A stretch of 64,000 nucleotides of DNA from Alphaproteobacteria bacterium UBA3635 (GCA_002373935.1 DFKW01000004.1:27704-91703); one strand, 5' to 3'; positions 29,625 through 40,891 are shown, counted from the first letter of the stretch. Numbers and translations: made by a program. Notes: generated by a model not told the origin, from the sequence alone.

Positions 29625-30125
29625 TTATTTATTGAAAATTTCGCCGCGAAAGTCCGGGTCACCCAAAAAATTATATGAACAACGATATGTGCACAGGTTT
29701 GCACATTCGGCGGTATTGCGGAACTCACCACGATATGCCCATTTTGTCGGTGTTGTTTTATGTATATCGGATGTAGTCGCAATTATTTTACACCAACAAT
29801 GCGGACCGCGTTTTTCCGCCGCAATAAACATCCCATCGGTGTTTTTGTCGTTGCATGTACTGGTCCCCAGGACATTTGTTTCATCATAAAACGCGCGCCA
29901 ATCACCCGGATTTAATCCCGTTGCATGATTTTTCGCACTTTCGTCCAATTGGTAATAGCCCGAACCAAATCGAAACCAATCGATATTCGTGTCATCAACA
30001 TATTGCGGAATATTTTCCGCCACCGCATCGGCAAAATCGTTCGTGACATTTCCATATTCGTCGTATTCAGCAAACGCCGGTACGCATACAAACATCAATA
30101 AAAACGCGATAATTTTATTTTTCAT
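29625..30125 (-). CDS. Secreted cysteine-rich protein with the CWCK/CxxxCxYxCxY/PDFR C-terminal module
   Basis: Signal peptide MKNKIIAFLLMFVCVPAFA. C-terminus ..HCWCKIIA..KWAYRGEFRNTAECANLCTYRCSYNFLGDPDFRGEIFNK. Confidence 0.6.
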   Translation of the reverse strand: MKNKIIAFLLMFVCVPAFAEYDEYGNVTNDFADAVAENIPQYVDDTNIDWFRFGSGYYQLDESAKNHATGLNPGDWRAFYDETNVLGTSTCNDKNTDGMFIAAEKRGPHCWCKIIATTSDIHKTTPTKWAYRGEFRNTAECANLCTYRCSYNFLGDPDFRGEIFNK

Positions 30126-30195
30126 AATTCATATTATATCACAAAAAATATAATAAAAAAAGGGGGGCATGCCCCCAATTTTTATTTTTTTATTT

Positions 30196-32610
30196 TTACA
30201 GTTCTGCACGAACCTCGGTCACCTCGTAACATTCGACACGGTCGCCTTCTTTGATATCGTTATATTTATCAAAACTCATACCAAATTCGACACCACCGGA
30301 CACTTCTTTGACCTCGTTCTTTTCACGACGCAATTCACCGATTTTACCATCGTAAATCACGACATTGTCGCGCAACAGGCGCACAAACGCATCTTTTTTA
30401 ATTGTGCCCTCGGTCATGCGGCAACCGGCAACACGCGTACCTTTGCCAACCGTGAACAATGCGATAACATCGGCGTATCCGATAAAGTTTTCACGATGTT
30501 CCGGCGCCAATTTACCAGACAAAATTTCTTTGATTTCGTCGGTAATGCGGTAAACAACACTGTGATAGCGAATATCAACGCCACACGCACGCGCCATATC
30601 ACGCACCACGCTGTCGGCACGAACATTAAACGCGATAATAACCGCACCCGATGCCGTCGCCAGGCGGATGTCGCCTTCGGTAATTTGACCAACCCCGGAC
30701 GATATAATATCAACGGCGGCTTTATCAGAATTGATGCCACGCAACATATCGGTAATCGCCTCGACAGAACCTTGGACATCGGCACGCAAAATAACCGGCA
30801 AAGTCAATTTTTTCGTTTCGTCGCGCGCCGCAAATAAATCTTGCAGTGACGAACGTTTAACCGCGTTGGCCTTGTCACGCGCCAATTGAGTGCGATATGC
30901 GGCAACCTCGCGCGTTTGGGATTCTGTTTCCATAACGCGCAATTCATCACCGGCGTTTGGCACCGCATCCAGCCCCAAAACCATAACCGGTTGACCGGGG
31001 TGGACCGATTTTACGCGTTCACCAAATGAATTTATCAGCCCGCGCACGCGGCCAAATGTTTCACCAACAACAAATACATCACCGATTTTCAATGTACCTT
31101 GGCGAATAATCATGGTTGCAACCGCGCCCAGGCCACGTTCTTGTTTGGCCTCGACCACGTTGGCAACCGCCGGCATATCATAATCGGCACGCAAATCCAT
31201 CATGGCGGCCTGTAATAAAATGGCCTCTTCTAATTTATCCAGATTTATTTTTTTCTTGGCAGAAATTTCAACACATTGAACATCACCACCCATGGATTCA
31301 ACCTGGACCTCTTGTTGAAGTAAGTCAATTTTAACCTTTTCCGGATTTGCCTCGGGCAGGTCGCATTTATTGATTGCAACAATAAACGGAACATGTGCCG
31401 CACGGATGTGGTTTATCGCCTCGATAGTTTGGGGCATGATTGAATCGTTTGCCGCAACAACCAACACAACGATATCCGCCATTTGCGCACCACGCGCACG
31501 CATCGCGGTAAATGTTTCATGACCGGGTGTATCCAAAAATGTAATCATTTGACCCGACGATGATTTAACCTCGTACGAAGAAATGTGTTGGGTGATACCG
31601 CCCGCCTCGCCGGCGACAACATTGGCATTACGAAACGCGTCCAACAGTGATGTTTTACCGTGGTCAACATGTCCCACAACCGTCACAATTGGCGCACGCG
31701 GTTTCAAATTTTCCGGATTTGGTTCGCGTTCTAATTGGTCGGCATAGGGTTTAACAACAACGCGTTTTACCGTTGCACCAAATTCACCCGCAATCAATTC
31801 TGCGGTATCGGCATCAATCGATTGGTTGATTGATACCATCATACCCATTTCCATCAATTTTTTGACAACATTACCAACCTTTTCCGCCATGGCATTTGCC
31901 AAATCTTTGACAACGATGGTTTCGCCCAAATTCACAACACGTTCAACCTTTTGCGGGGCAGAAAACACCGCACGCGCCTTTTCACGGAAACGTTTTAACG
32001 ATGCCTCGGACCGACGGCGATTTGCACCACGCAATTCGATTTCGTCGTCGTCATCGTCGTCACCACCGCCGATAATAATATCGTTGATAGAAATTTTCCC
32101 AGATTTTTTGAAATCTTTTTTGAACGATTTGTTTGACGGTTTGCGGGACATATCTTCGTCATCATTGCCCGCACGCGCCGGTTTTGTGTAATTGGCAAAT
32201 TGCTGTGATTTTTTCGCATTATTGTTGCGTTCCGGCATTGGTACACTCGGCACATCCACAACATCTGTTTCGCCACCCGCGTTTTCGGCACCGCGTGCGT
32301 TTAATTGGTTTTTAACCTGTTCATATTCGGCGGCCTCGCGCGCAATTTCGGCCTCGCGTGCGGCGGCGGCCTCGGCCTCGGCGGCCTGGCGGCGTTTTTG
32401 TTCTTCTTCGCGGGCACGCGCCGCCTCTAGGACGGCACGCAATTTTTCGTCCGCCGCATTATGTGGCTGTGCGGGCTTTGCCGGTTCGTCACGCAATTCG
32501 CGACTGCCGGGGGCGACAATACGGCGACGGCGTTCAACGAATACCGCATCGCCTTTCTTGCTGTGCACTGCATCCAATGTAACAGATTTTCCAAGTGTCA
32601 ATGTTGCCAT
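30196..32610 (-). CDS. infB: Translation initiation factor IF-2
   Basis: [13 protein letters not shown]-domain. Charged, Ala/Glu-rich N-terminal region. 804 aa. Confidence 0.95.
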   Translation of the reverse strand: MATLTLGKSVTLDAVHSKKGDAVFVERRRRIVAPGSRELRDEPAKPAQPHNAADEKLRAVLEAARAREEEQKRRQAAEAEAAAAREAEIAREAAEYEQVKNQLNARGAENAGGETDVVDVPSVPMPERNNNAKKSQQFANYTKPARAGNDDEDMSRKPSNKSFKKDFKKSGKISINDIIIGGGDDDDDDEIELRGANRRRSEASLKRFREKARAVFSAPQKVERVVNLGETIVVKDLANAMAEKVGNVVKKLMEMGMMVSINQSIDADTAELIAGEFGATVKRVVVKPYADQLEREPNPENLKPRAPIVTVVGHVDHGKTSLLDAFRNANVVAGEAGGITQHISSYEVKSSSGQMITFLDTPGHETFTAMRARGAQMADIVVLVVAANDSIMPQTIEAINHIRAAHVPFIVAINKCDLPEANPEKVKIDLLQQEVQVESMGGDVQCVEISAKKKINLDKLEEAILLQAAMMDLRADYDMPAVANVVEAKQERGLGAVATMIIRQGTLKIGDVFVVGETFGRVRGLINSFGERVKSVHPGQPVMVLGLDAVPNAGDELRVMETESQTREVAAYRTQLARDKANAVKRSSLQDLFAARDETKKLTLPVILRADVQGSVEAITDMLRGINSDKAAVDIISSGVGQITEGDIRLATASGAVIIAFNVRADSVVRDMARACGVDIRYHSVVYRITDEIKEILSGKLAPEHRENFIGYADVIALFTVGKGTRVAGCRMTEGTIKKDAFVRLLRDNVVIYDGKIGELRREKNEVKEVSGGVEFGMSFDKYNDIKEGDRVECYEVTEVRAEL

Positions 32611-32633
32611 TAAATTTGTCCCTTTGGTAATTA

Positions 32634-34184
32634 TTATTCGTTGTCTGGGGTTTCATCATCACTAATGCCGTATGCCAATTCGCGTGCCTTCATAATTATG
32701 CGGCCCGCCAAATGCGTGGACATTGTGTCTTCGCCCAAAATTTCCACCAATTCATCGGACGCCAAATCCGCCAAATCAGACAATGTCTTGATTCCGTTTT
32801 CACCCAATTTAATCAATATCGGGCGTTGAACAAATGTAAAGTTCAACAAATCGTCCGTCATACCCATCGCATGACCCGTATCGATATAGTTTTGTTCTTG
32901 TTTGTCCAAATAATCTTTGGCACGTTTTTGCAATTCAGCCGCCAATTCCGGATTGAAACTGTCGATTGATTCTAATTCAGATATATCAACAAACGCGATT
33001 TCTTCGATTGTGCGGAAACCTTCGTTTATCAAAATTTGTGCAATCATTTCATCAACATCCAAACCATTGATAAACAATTCTGTTTTTTCTTTGGCCTCTT
33101 TGGCACGACGTTCTTGTTCTTCTTCCTCGCTTAACACATCGATTTCCCATCCGGTCAATTGAGATGCCAGACGCACATTTTGACCGCGACGACCAATCGC
33201 CAAAGATTGTTGATCAGGGTTCACAACAACCGCGGCCTTGTGATTATCTTCGTCGATGATGATTTTGGCAACCTTGGCCGGTTGCATTGCGTTCACGATA
33301 AACACCGCCGGGTCTTCGGAATACAAAATAACATCGATTTTTTCACCGTGGCATTCGTTGATAACCGGTTGAATACGCGTTCCCTTGATACCAACAGTCA
33401 TACCAACCGCATCAATCGACGGGTCGGATGTTTCAACCGCAACCTTGGCATGAGAGCCCGGTGCACGCGACACAGAACGAATTTTAATGATGCCTTCGTA
33501 AATTTCAGGCACTTCTTGGAAAAACAATTTTTCCATAAACATCGGGTGCGTGCGGGTTAAAAATATTTGTGGACCGGAATTAGACCGTTCAACATCCATA
33601 ATCAACGCACGAACACGGTCACCAACCACCAACCGTTCGCCCGGAATCATTTCGGTACTTTTAATATAACCTTCGGCCTTGCCATTGATGTCAACATAAA
33701 CATTACCAAATTCAATGCGTTTAATAATACCATTGATAATTGTGCCAACATCATCTTTGAATTCTTCGTATTGATGACCGCGTTCGGCATCACGAACACG
33801 CCCCATCATAATTTGACGCGCCATTTGGAACGCAACACGACCAAATTCGGGTTCCGGCAATGTATCAACAACCGTATCACCAACAACCGGGTTTTCGGCA
33901 TATTTTTTTGCCTGGGCCACCGTCAGCATTGTGTTCGGGTCATATTCTTCACCCACAGATTCCGGGGATTCAATAACACTGAACAAACGCATTGTGTGAA
34001 TTGCGCCATTTTTACGGTCAATAGATGCACTGATATTAAATTCTTCGCCATATTTGTGTTTTGCGATTTTTGCGATTGCGGCCTCTAACGCTTCGAATAC
34101 GATTTCTTGATCAATATTTTTTTCTTCGGCCAAAGATTTGATACCTTCTAATAAATCCTGACGCGGCATAGATACAAACGCCAT
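32634..34184 (-). CDS. nusA: Transcription termination/antitermination factor NusA
   Basis: N-terminal domain, S1, two KH domains, two C-terminal HhH acidic repeats. 516 aa. Confidence 0.95.
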   Translation of the reverse strand: MAFVSMPRQDLLEGIKSLAEEKNIDQEIVFEALEAAIAKIAKHKYGEEFNISASIDRKNGAIHTMRLFSVIESPESVGEEYDPNTMLTVAQAKKYAENPVVGDTVVDTLPEPEFGRVAFQMARQIMMGRVRDAERGHQYEEFKDDVGTIINGIIKRIEFGNVYVDINGKAEGYIKSTEMIPGERLVVGDRVRALIMDVERSNSGPQIFLTRTHPMFMEKLFFQEVPEIYEGIIKIRSVSRAPGSHAKVAVETSDPSIDAVGMTVGIKGTRIQPVINECHGEKIDVILYSEDPAVFIVNAMQPAKVAKIIIDEDNHKAAVVVNPDQQSLAIGRRGQNVRLASQLTGWEIDVLSEEEEQERRAKEAKEKTELFINGLDVDEMIAQILINEGFRTIEEIAFVDISELESIDSFNPELAAELQKRAKDYLDKQEQNYIDTGHAMGMTDDLLNFTFVQRPILIKLGENGIKTLSDLADLASDELVEILGEDTMSTHLAGRIIMKARELAYGISDDETPDNE

Positions 34185-34230
34185 TTTTAATACTCCTGTG
34201 GTTGGTTTTGTTAAATCCGTTCGGTTTACT

Positions 34231-34277
34231 AAAAGGGCGGGGCTTTTGGCCCCGCCCTTAAAAAAACTTTTTTTAAG
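34231..34277. promoter_or_regulatory. GC-rich hairpin flanked by A- and T-tracts in the nusA leader region; candidate attenuator or bidirectional terminator
   Basis: aaaagggcggggcttttggccccgcccttaaaaaaactttttttaa. Confidence 0.45.
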
Positions 34278-34368
34278 AACATTTGTATTATGACATTAAA
34301 TTTTACGATTGCAAGAAAAATTATAAATAATTTGACGGTTTGACTTTTGGACTCTATACTTATTTATT

Positions 34369-35430
34369 ATGAAGATTATAGACAGGTATTTTTCCCGGCA
34401 ATTGGTTGCAATATTTGTGATGCTGTTGCTGATTTTAACGGGGCTGGCGTGGACAATGCAAATTATGTCCATGATGAAGTTTTTGTTAAATTATGGCATC
34501 AATTTTGCAAGTTTTATCGGACTGGTTGCGTTGTTGATACCGTTTATTATTTCAATAATTATTCCGTTTGTGACATTTATCGCAATTATTTTTGTGTATA
34601 ACAAAACCATTTCTGATAACGAGGCATCGGTTATGATGGCGTCTGGCCTGTCGCCGGCGCAACTGGCGCGGCCGGCATTGTGGTTTGCCGGAATATTGAC
34701 GGCATTAAATTTGGTTTTGAATTTATGGTTGGTCCCTATCAGCCAGAATTATTTTTATGATACACAATGGAATCTGCGGTATGGATTGGCGCATTTAAAG
34801 GTTCAAGAATCTGCATTTACAAATATTACCGATGGTTTGGTTGTGTATGTTGATAAGGTTTCGGGCCATGACATGTCCCAGGTTATGTTGTCTGATACAC
34901 GCAACCCAAATACCGAAATGGTGATTTTTGCCGAAACCGGAAAATTGGTGACAACACCGCGAGGGCTGTCGATTGTTATGGAAAATGGGTCTTTACAGGC
35001 GCGCAATAATTCCATGATAACCGGAACATTTGACACATTTGATATGGATTTAAATGTTGCAACACGCGAGAATTCGTCTTCGTTCCGCGTGCGTCGTCAT
35101 TCAACGCGTGAATTGATAGAATTTTTAGATACGCCGGGGTTGCCTGAAAAAAATACAAAAATGATTTTCAACGAATTGGCAAATCGGATTTGCATGCCGT
35201 TTATGAATTTGATATTGGCGATTGTTTGCACCGCGGTTTTATTAAAAACTTCGCTGTTGCGGCGACGCGCCAGTTTTTCACCCGCGTTGGCGGTATTATT
35301 GATGGCGGTTTTGATGACTTTGTTTATGACATCGGCGAATATGTTGGCATCTTGGCATGATTTTTATATGTTTGCGGCGGGAATTGTTGTGGTGTTGGTG
35401 ATATCTGGGGTAATATTATATAAAAAATGA
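34369..35430 (+). CDS. lptF: LPS export ABC permease, LptF/LptG (YjgP/YjgQ) family
   Basis: MKIIDRYFSRQ N-terminus, six TM helices with a central periplasmic domain. Overlaps lptD start. Confidence 0.75.
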   Translation: MKIIDRYFSRQLVAIFVMLLLILTGLAWTMQIMSMMKFLLNYGINFASFIGLVALLIPFIISIIIPFVTFIAIIFVYNKTISDNEASVMMASGLSPAQLARPALWFAGILTALNLVLNLWLVPISQNYFYDTQWNLRYGLAHLKVQESAFTNITDGLVVYVDKVSGHDMSQVMLSDTRNPNTEMVIFAETGKLVTTPRGLSIVMENGSLQARNNSMITGTFDTFDMDLNVATRENSSSFRVRRHSTRELIEFLDTPGLPEKNTKMIFNELANRICMPFMNLILAIVCTAVLLKTSLLRRRASFSPALAVLLMAVLMTLFMTSANMLASWHDFYMFAAGIVVVLVISGVILYKK

Positions 35431-37433
35431 AGAAATTAAATTGGTGGATTTTTTGTGTGTTTTGTTGTGCGAACGCATTTGCGTTGCCGGGCACGGTTGA
35501 TGTTGACGGGCCAAAAAACATTACCGCCGATAAAATTGAATACGATGTAAAAAATGCCCAGATTAAAACCGTTGGAAAAACAACAATCACAAATCAATCG
35601 GGTCAAACATTAAAATTAAACAATTCTGATTTTTCAGAACGCGGCGAAAAAATCGCCGGGTCTGACATTGAATTATGGTTGGGCGACCATATTTATATCA
35701 CGGCGGAAACAATATCTCGCGATGGCAATATAACGGTTGCAGATGATGCAATGTTCACCGCGTGTGAGGGGTGTGATTCATACGGCAACGCATGGGAAAT
35801 TTTTGCAACAACAATTAAACACGATAAACAAGAACGCAATTTATATTTTCATAATCCTATATTGTGGATGTATGATTTGCCGGTGTTTTGGTTTCCGTAC
35901 TATTACATGCCGGACCCGGGTGTTAAATATCGCAGTGGTTTATTGATGCCGGATTTTAATTCCACTAATAATATGGGAACACAAATAAATTTACCAATTT
36001 ATATTTCGTTTTCCGAATATCACGACGCAACCGTCACGATGTCTTATTTAACAGATGAAAATCCGTTGGTGCAAATCGAACATCGGTTAAATATGGAACA
36101 TTCTAAATTCAGAACAAACGGTTCATACACCCATAACAAGGCCGGCAAAGACCGTTGGAGTATTTTTAACAATGATGTTATCGAATTGGGCGAATATGCA
36201 CGCGCGGAAATTTCATTGGAGCGCGTATCTGATAAAACATATTTGCAAAAATACGGATTTTATAATTATCAACCTTATTTGGATTCGGGCGCACAAATTG
36301 AATTGTTTGGGCAATCGGGATATGTCGTGGCGGACACTCATTTTTTCCAAGAATTACGCACCGCCGGCCGCACAGAATCATCCATGGATGGAAATATTTT
36401 GCCAAATGTGCGTGGTGTGTATCAAACCGCACCAATTTATCGTGAAACATATGTTTTGTTAAACAGTGATATTTTGGGTGTTGATGGGCATAACAATACC
36501 GGCATGCAACGCGTGATTGGTGATGCGCGAATTGTGTCACCATGGACGATATGGGGTGGAAATCGTATAACTTTGTCAATGGACACGCGTTATGATGTGT
36601 ATAATTTTCAAAATTATGATTTGGTCGATAATCCCGATTTTACCGGTGTTAAAAATCGATTTTTACCCAGTGGATATGTCGAGTGGGGTCTGCCACTGTT
36701 CCGGCCGGGCGAAAATTGGACACATGTGTTAGAACCGCGCGCACGGATAACAATGATGCGACACACAAAATCGGACGAGGTTTTTGCCACCACAAATGAT
36801 TCTGCGGGTGCGTTGTTGTCAGACATGACATTGTTTTCAAACAACCGATTTGCCGGATACGATTTGTGGGAAAACGGCACATTTGCAGATTATGGTCTGC
36901 GTTGGGCAACATATGGCGCGAACGCGGAATCGGCGGAAATATTTTTCGGACAAAGTTATGATTTATCGGGTCGTTCGGACACCGATGCCAACAGTGGATT
37001 TCACAAGGGCGCATCTGATTGGGTTGGACGCGTTGGGTTAAACAATGGGTCTTGGTTGGGATTAAATTCTCGATTCCGTTTTGACCGCGACACATTTGCA
37101 CTGCGCCACATTGAAACAGATGTAAATTTGGGAACTTCGCGCAATTATGTATCGGTTGGACACATTTGGTCCGAACAATTAGACGAGGCATTTTTAGGTC
37201 AAGACATAAACGAAACCACCACCGGGGTCAGAATCCAATTGACAGAACGCTTGTCATTGAACTTTAATGCAGTTTATAACAATACATATCATCAATTCCA
37301 AAATCATTCTGGATTGTTGTTTTATCAACATCCGTGTTATTTCTTGTCTTTGGGATATCGAACCGATAACGCAATTCGACAAGAATATGCCGGAAACACA
37401 ACATTTCAATTTAGATTTGGTTTGAATTATTAA
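35427..37433 (+). CDS. lptD: LPS-assembly outer membrane protein LptD (OstA)
   Basis: Signal peptide, N-terminal OstA domain (ITADKIEYDVKNAQIKTVG), large C-terminal beta-barrel region. Confidence 0.8.
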   Translation: MKKLNWWIFCVFCCANAFALPGTVDVDGPKNITADKIEYDVKNAQIKTVGKTTITNQSGQTLKLNNSDFSERGEKIAGSDIELWLGDHIYITAETISRDGNITVADDAMFTACEGCDSYGNAWEIFATTIKHDKQERNLYFHNPILWMYDLPVFWFPYYYMPDPGVKYRSGLLMPDFNSTNNMGTQINLPIYISFSEYHDATVTMSYLTDENPLVQIEHRLNMEHSKFRTNGSYTHNKAGKDRWSIFNNDVIELGEYARAEISLERVSDKTYLQKYGFYNYQPYLDSGAQIELFGQSGYVVADTHFFQELRTAGRTESSMDGNILPNVRGVYQTAPIYRETYVLLNSDILGVDGHNNTGMQRVIGDARIVSPWTIWGGNRITLSMDTRYDVYNFQNYDLVDNPDFTGVKNRFLPSGYVEWGLPLFRPGENWTHVLEPRARITMMRHTKSDEVFATTNDSAGALLSDMTLFSNNRFAGYDLWENGTFADYGLRWATYGANAESAEIFFGQSYDLSGRSDTDANSGFHKGASDWVGRVGLNNGSWLGLNSRFRFDRDTFALRHIETDVNLGTSRNYVSVGHIWSEQLDEAFLGQDINETTTGVRIQLTERLSLNFNAVYNNTYHQFQNHSGLLFYQHPCYFLSLGYRTDNAIRQEYAGNTTFQFRFGLNY

Positions 37434-37451
37434 AGGAAAAGGTCGGGAAAA

Positions 37452-38270
37452 ATGAAAAAATATTTTATTGCAATTTTATGTTTATTGGTACTGCCGGCGC
37501 ATGCCACAACGGTTGTCGCAACCGTCAATGGTAATGCCATCACCGATGCCGATATTACCGCGCGAACAAAATTGATGTCATACCAAGGGAAAACATCAAC
37601 CGACAATCGGCGTGTCGCATTACAAAACATAATTGATGATGCGGTCAAATTAAACTATGCGGCAAATTTTGGTATTAAACCCAGTGATACAGATGTCGAT
37701 AATGAATTAAAGCGCATGGGGCTGCCGGAACTGACACAAAACGAAAAACAAATGGCGCGTGATGCGGTGCGTGCAAATATTGCGTGGCAAATTGTTGTTG
37801 GTCGAACCGTGTTACCAATGGTCGATGTGACGGATTCAGATATCGCCGCCGAACGGGCGGATTTGGTGCGCGGGCGCGGTTTGCCAATTGATATGACAAT
37901 TGTGCGATTGGTTGATGTGCCGGATGATGTGCGCGCAAAACTGACCCGTCCCGCCGATTGTGACGACGCGATACGTATGGCGGAAAATTTTGGTGGTGCA
38001 CCGCAAAAGTTCACGGCGAAACAATATGAATTGGCGGCGGATGTGCGCGACGCGATTGCAGAATTACCAAAACTGACCTGGTCACGCCCGGTGAACAATT
38101 CTGTATTTTTGGTTTGCGACACAAAAAAGACCCCAGAATACGGAAAATTGGATAAAATCATTAAACAAAATGCCGAATATAAACAGGCGATGTTTATGGC
38201 CGAACAACAATTAAAACAACTGCGCCGGCGGGCGGTTGTTGTTATCAAGGACGACAGATATAAATTATGA
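37452..38270 (+). CDS. SurA-like periplasmic chaperone (N-terminal domain only, no obvious PPIase domain)
   Basis: Signal peptide. ATVNGNAITDADI...LQNIIDDAVKLNYA resembles the SurA N-domain. Position after lptD matches the usual lptD-surA order. Confidence 0.55.
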   Translation: MKKYFIAILCLLVLPAHATTVVATVNGNAITDADITARTKLMSYQGKTSTDNRRVALQNIIDDAVKLNYAANFGIKPSDTDVDNELKRMGLPELTQNEKQMARDAVRANIAWQIVVGRTVLPMVDVTDSDIAAERADLVRGRGLPIDMTIVRLVDVPDDVRAKLTRPADCDDAIRMAENFGGAPQKFTAKQYELAADVRDAIAELPKLTWSRPVNNSVFLVCDTKKTPEYGKLDKIIKQNAEYKQAMFMAEQQLKQLRRRAVVVIKDDRYKL

Positions 38271-39358
38271 AAACTATTTTATTTTCTTTGAGCGACGCCG
38301 AATTACAAAAATTCGTGATGGATTTAGGCCAACCAAAATTTCGCGCCGCACAAATTCGTGATTGGTTAAATTGTGGTGCGCCTGATTTTGGCGCGATGAA
38401 AAATTTGCCGGAATCACTGCGTACACAACTGGATGCGATGGCGCAAACATTGCCTCTAAAAATTGTAAAAAAATTGCAATCGGCGGATGGGGAAACAACT
38501 AAATTTTTATTAGAATTAAACGACACTGAACAAATCGAGTGTGTTTTAATGCGCACAACATACGGAAATTCCGTATGTGTATCCAGCCAGGCCGGATGCG
38601 CCATGGGTTGTAAATTCTGTGCCAGTACACTACTCGGGTTAAAACGCAATTTGACGGTTGATGAAATTTATTCGCAAATCTTGGTTGCACAATGGGAACT
38701 GCGCCATGGGGATGTAAAAATCCACGCGAACGGCGACCCTAATAATAATGATGTATCGCATATTGTTGTTATGGGAACCGGCGAACCATTACAGAATACC
38801 GAAAATGTTATCGGGTTTTTGGAACGCGCAAATCGCGATATGAACATTTCTTGGCGGCGAATGACGGTGTCAACATGTGGAATTGTTCCGGGAATTTATG
38901 ATTTGATTAAATGGGGGCGGCCAATAAATTTGGCGATATCTTTGCATGCACCAGACGATGCGTTGCGTTCAACGATTATGCCAATAAATAATAAATATAA
39001 AATTGCAGAGGTATTGGCGGCGGCGGACGAATTTACAAAACTGCATAATCGCCAGTTGATGATTGAATATATTTTGTTGGGCAAACGCGGTGAAAATGGC
39101 GAAACGGTTTTATATAACTGCACACCGGAATACGCGGAACAATTATCAAAATTATTGGCGGGTAAAAACGCAATGGTGAATTTAATTCCGTGGAACGCGG
39201 TTGACGAACGCGATTTTGCATCGCCGTCTGGAAACGCCGTGCATCGTTTCCAGGATATTTTAATTAAAAACGGAATACACACACGCATACGGCGCGAACG
39301 CGGCACAGATATTGGTTCGGCGTGTGGGCAACTGCGATTGAATAATAAAAAGGATTAA
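38267..39358 (+). CDS. rlmN: 23S rRNA/tRNA m2A methyltransferase RlmN (radical SAM)
   Basis: CxxxCxxC radical-SAM cluster motif QAGCAMGCKFCAST; GTGEPL; C-terminal conserved Cys (GSACGQL). Confidence 0.9.
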   Translation: MKTILFSLSDAELQKFVMDLGQPKFRAAQIRDWLNCGAPDFGAMKNLPESLRTQLDAMAQTLPLKIVKKLQSADGETTKFLLELNDTEQIECVLMRTTYGNSVCVSSQAGCAMGCKFCASTLLGLKRNLTVDEIYSQILVAQWELRHGDVKIHANGDPNNNDVSHIVVMGTGEPLQNTENVIGFLERANRDMNISWRRMTVSTCGIVPGIYDLIKWGRPINLAISLHAPDDALRSTIMPINNKYKIAEVLAAADEFTKLHNRQLMIEYILLGKRGENGETVLYNCTPEYAEQLSKLLAGKNAMVNLIPWNAVDERDFASPSGNAVHRFQDILIKNGIHTRIRRERGTDIGSACGQLRLNNKKD

Positions 39359-39360
39359 AT

Positions 39361-40104
39361 ATGGATATACGGTATATTACTTGTTCTGACCCACGCAATT
39401 ATAACAAAATCTCAAATTTATACGATTTGTGGGATATTGACCCCCGCGTTGAAATCGCGGTTCAAATGCACCCAGGCAAAGTTTCACCCGATACCGAACG
39501 GTATAAATGGATTAGGGCATTGGTTGATAGTTTATACATCCGTAAACCAGAATATAATTTGGCGATTCATGTGAATAACGATTGGTGCGATGATATTTGT
39601 AATGGCATAATTCCCAATGCTTTGGAACCATTGTTTAATGCGTCGTCATATTATAAATCTCGCCCGCTGGTACAACGCATACAATTAAACATGCCACAAA
39701 AAACCGCTGAAAATTTTAATCCACAAAAATTGAACAAAGTGATTGAATATTATAACGATAAAGAATTTATTATTCAATACAAACCGACAACCGTCGCCGC
39801 GGTTGATGCGTTGCATAAATCGGGCGCAAGATTTAGTTTGCTGTTTGATGAATCGGGCGGCACGGGGCGTGACGCGGGTGTATGGCGTGCGCCGGTATAT
39901 CCATATTTTCACCTCCAGGGTTATTCGGGCGGTATGTCACCGGAAAATGTTGCCGAAAATTTAACAAAAATATCGCGGGTTGCCGGTGCGCATGATATTT
40001 GGATTGATGCCGAGGGTAAATTAAAACGCGATGATAAATTTGATGTAAATCGCGCGAAACAATATATTCAAAATGCTTTGCGTTGGGATGAAAAACAACG
40101 ATAA
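39361..40104 (+). CDS. Hypothetical protein, TrpF (PRAI)-like TIM-barrel C-terminal region
   Basis: LLFDESGGTGRDAGVW...LQGYSGGMSPENV parallels TrpF's L.D..GGSG..FDW...LAGGL...NV. There are no other trp genes nearby. Confidence 0.35.
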   Translation: MDIRYITCSDPRNYNKISNLYDLWDIDPRVEIAVQMHPGKVSPDTERYKWIRALVDSLYIRKPEYNLAIHVNNDWCDDICNGIIPNALEPLFNASSYYKSRPLVQRIQLNMPQKTAENFNPQKLNKVIEYYNDKEFIIQYKPTTVAAVDALHKSGARFSLLFDESGGTGRDAGVWRAPVYPYFHLQGYSGGMSPENVAENLTKISRVAGAHDIWIDAEGKLKRDDKFDVNRAKQYIQNALRWDEKQR

Positions 40105-40174
40105 AAAACATCTGGATTTAATTTTTGTTTTGCACCACAATTAGGCCGATAAAAAAAATAAAGGAGAGAAATCG

Positions 40175-40891
40175 ATGAAAAAAATATCACTGTGGTATGT
40201 TGGTATAATTGCGATTGGGTTATTGTTTGTGGGATTTTTCCCGGGGTATTATTATTATAAATCTAAATTTAATTACAATGCCGTAACGGTCAAGGGCCTG
40301 GCTGAACAAGATGTCGAGGCAAATTTGGCAATTTGGGAAATTAAATTTGTCGCCACAGATAATGATTTAATGCGGGCAAAAAACGATTTGGAAAAACAAA
40401 CCGATGCAATCATTACTTTCTTGCACGATAATAATTTCAGCGATAACGAAATTGAAATGGGTGGCACCGATACAAACGATTTAATGGCAAATCCATATCG
40501 TGGAAATGAAGATATCAAATCGCGCTTTATTTTGACACGCACATTGACGGTGCGTTCGGCCCAGGTGCACAATGTCGCGGAAACATATACAAAAACCGGC
40601 GATTTAATAAGCGCGGGCGTTGTGTTTGAAAATCGGTACGATTCACCGGTGTCGTATATATTTACGAATTTAAATGAAATCAAACCGCAAATGTTGGAAA
40701 CGGCGACGAAAAATGCGCGCCAGGCGGCATTGGAATTTGCAAAATCATCAGACAGCCGCGTTGGCAAAATACATTCTGCAAACCAAGGTGTGTTTTCAAT
40801 TTTACCACGCGATAACGCCAACGCCCCCGAGGCACAACAGATAAATAAAAAGGTTCGTGTTGTTGCAACGGTTGAATATTTCTTGGAATAA
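40175..40891 (+). CDS. SIMPL-domain periplasmic protein (BP26/Omp28-like)
   Basis: N-terminal TM/signal segment. VTVKGLAEQDVEANLAIWEIKFVATDNDL...LTRTLTVRS matches the SIMPL (DUF541) pattern. Confidence 0.65.
   Translation: MKKISLWYVGIIAIGLLFVGFFPGYYYYKSKFNYNAVTVKGLAEQDVEANLAIWEIKFVATDNDLMRAKNDLEKQTDAIITFLHDNNFSDNEIEMGGTDTNDLMANPYRGNEDIKSRFILTRTLTVRSAQVHNVAETYTKTGDLISAGVVFENRYDSPVSYIFTNLNEIKPQMLETATKNARQAALEFAKSSDSRVGKIHSANQGVFSILPRDNANAPEAQQINKKVRVVATVEYFLE

Noticed and set aside
30169-30837. 222-aa plus-strand ORF, plus the 157-aa ORF at 32192-32665, antisense to infB
   Set aside because: Antisense to a highly conserved infB reading frame. The composition is Arg/Phe/Thr-rich, typical of shadow frames.
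33159-34088. 133-aa and 173-aa plus-strand ORFs antisense to nusA
   Set aside because: Shadow ORFs inside nusA. They have His/Asn/Phe-rich nonsense composition.
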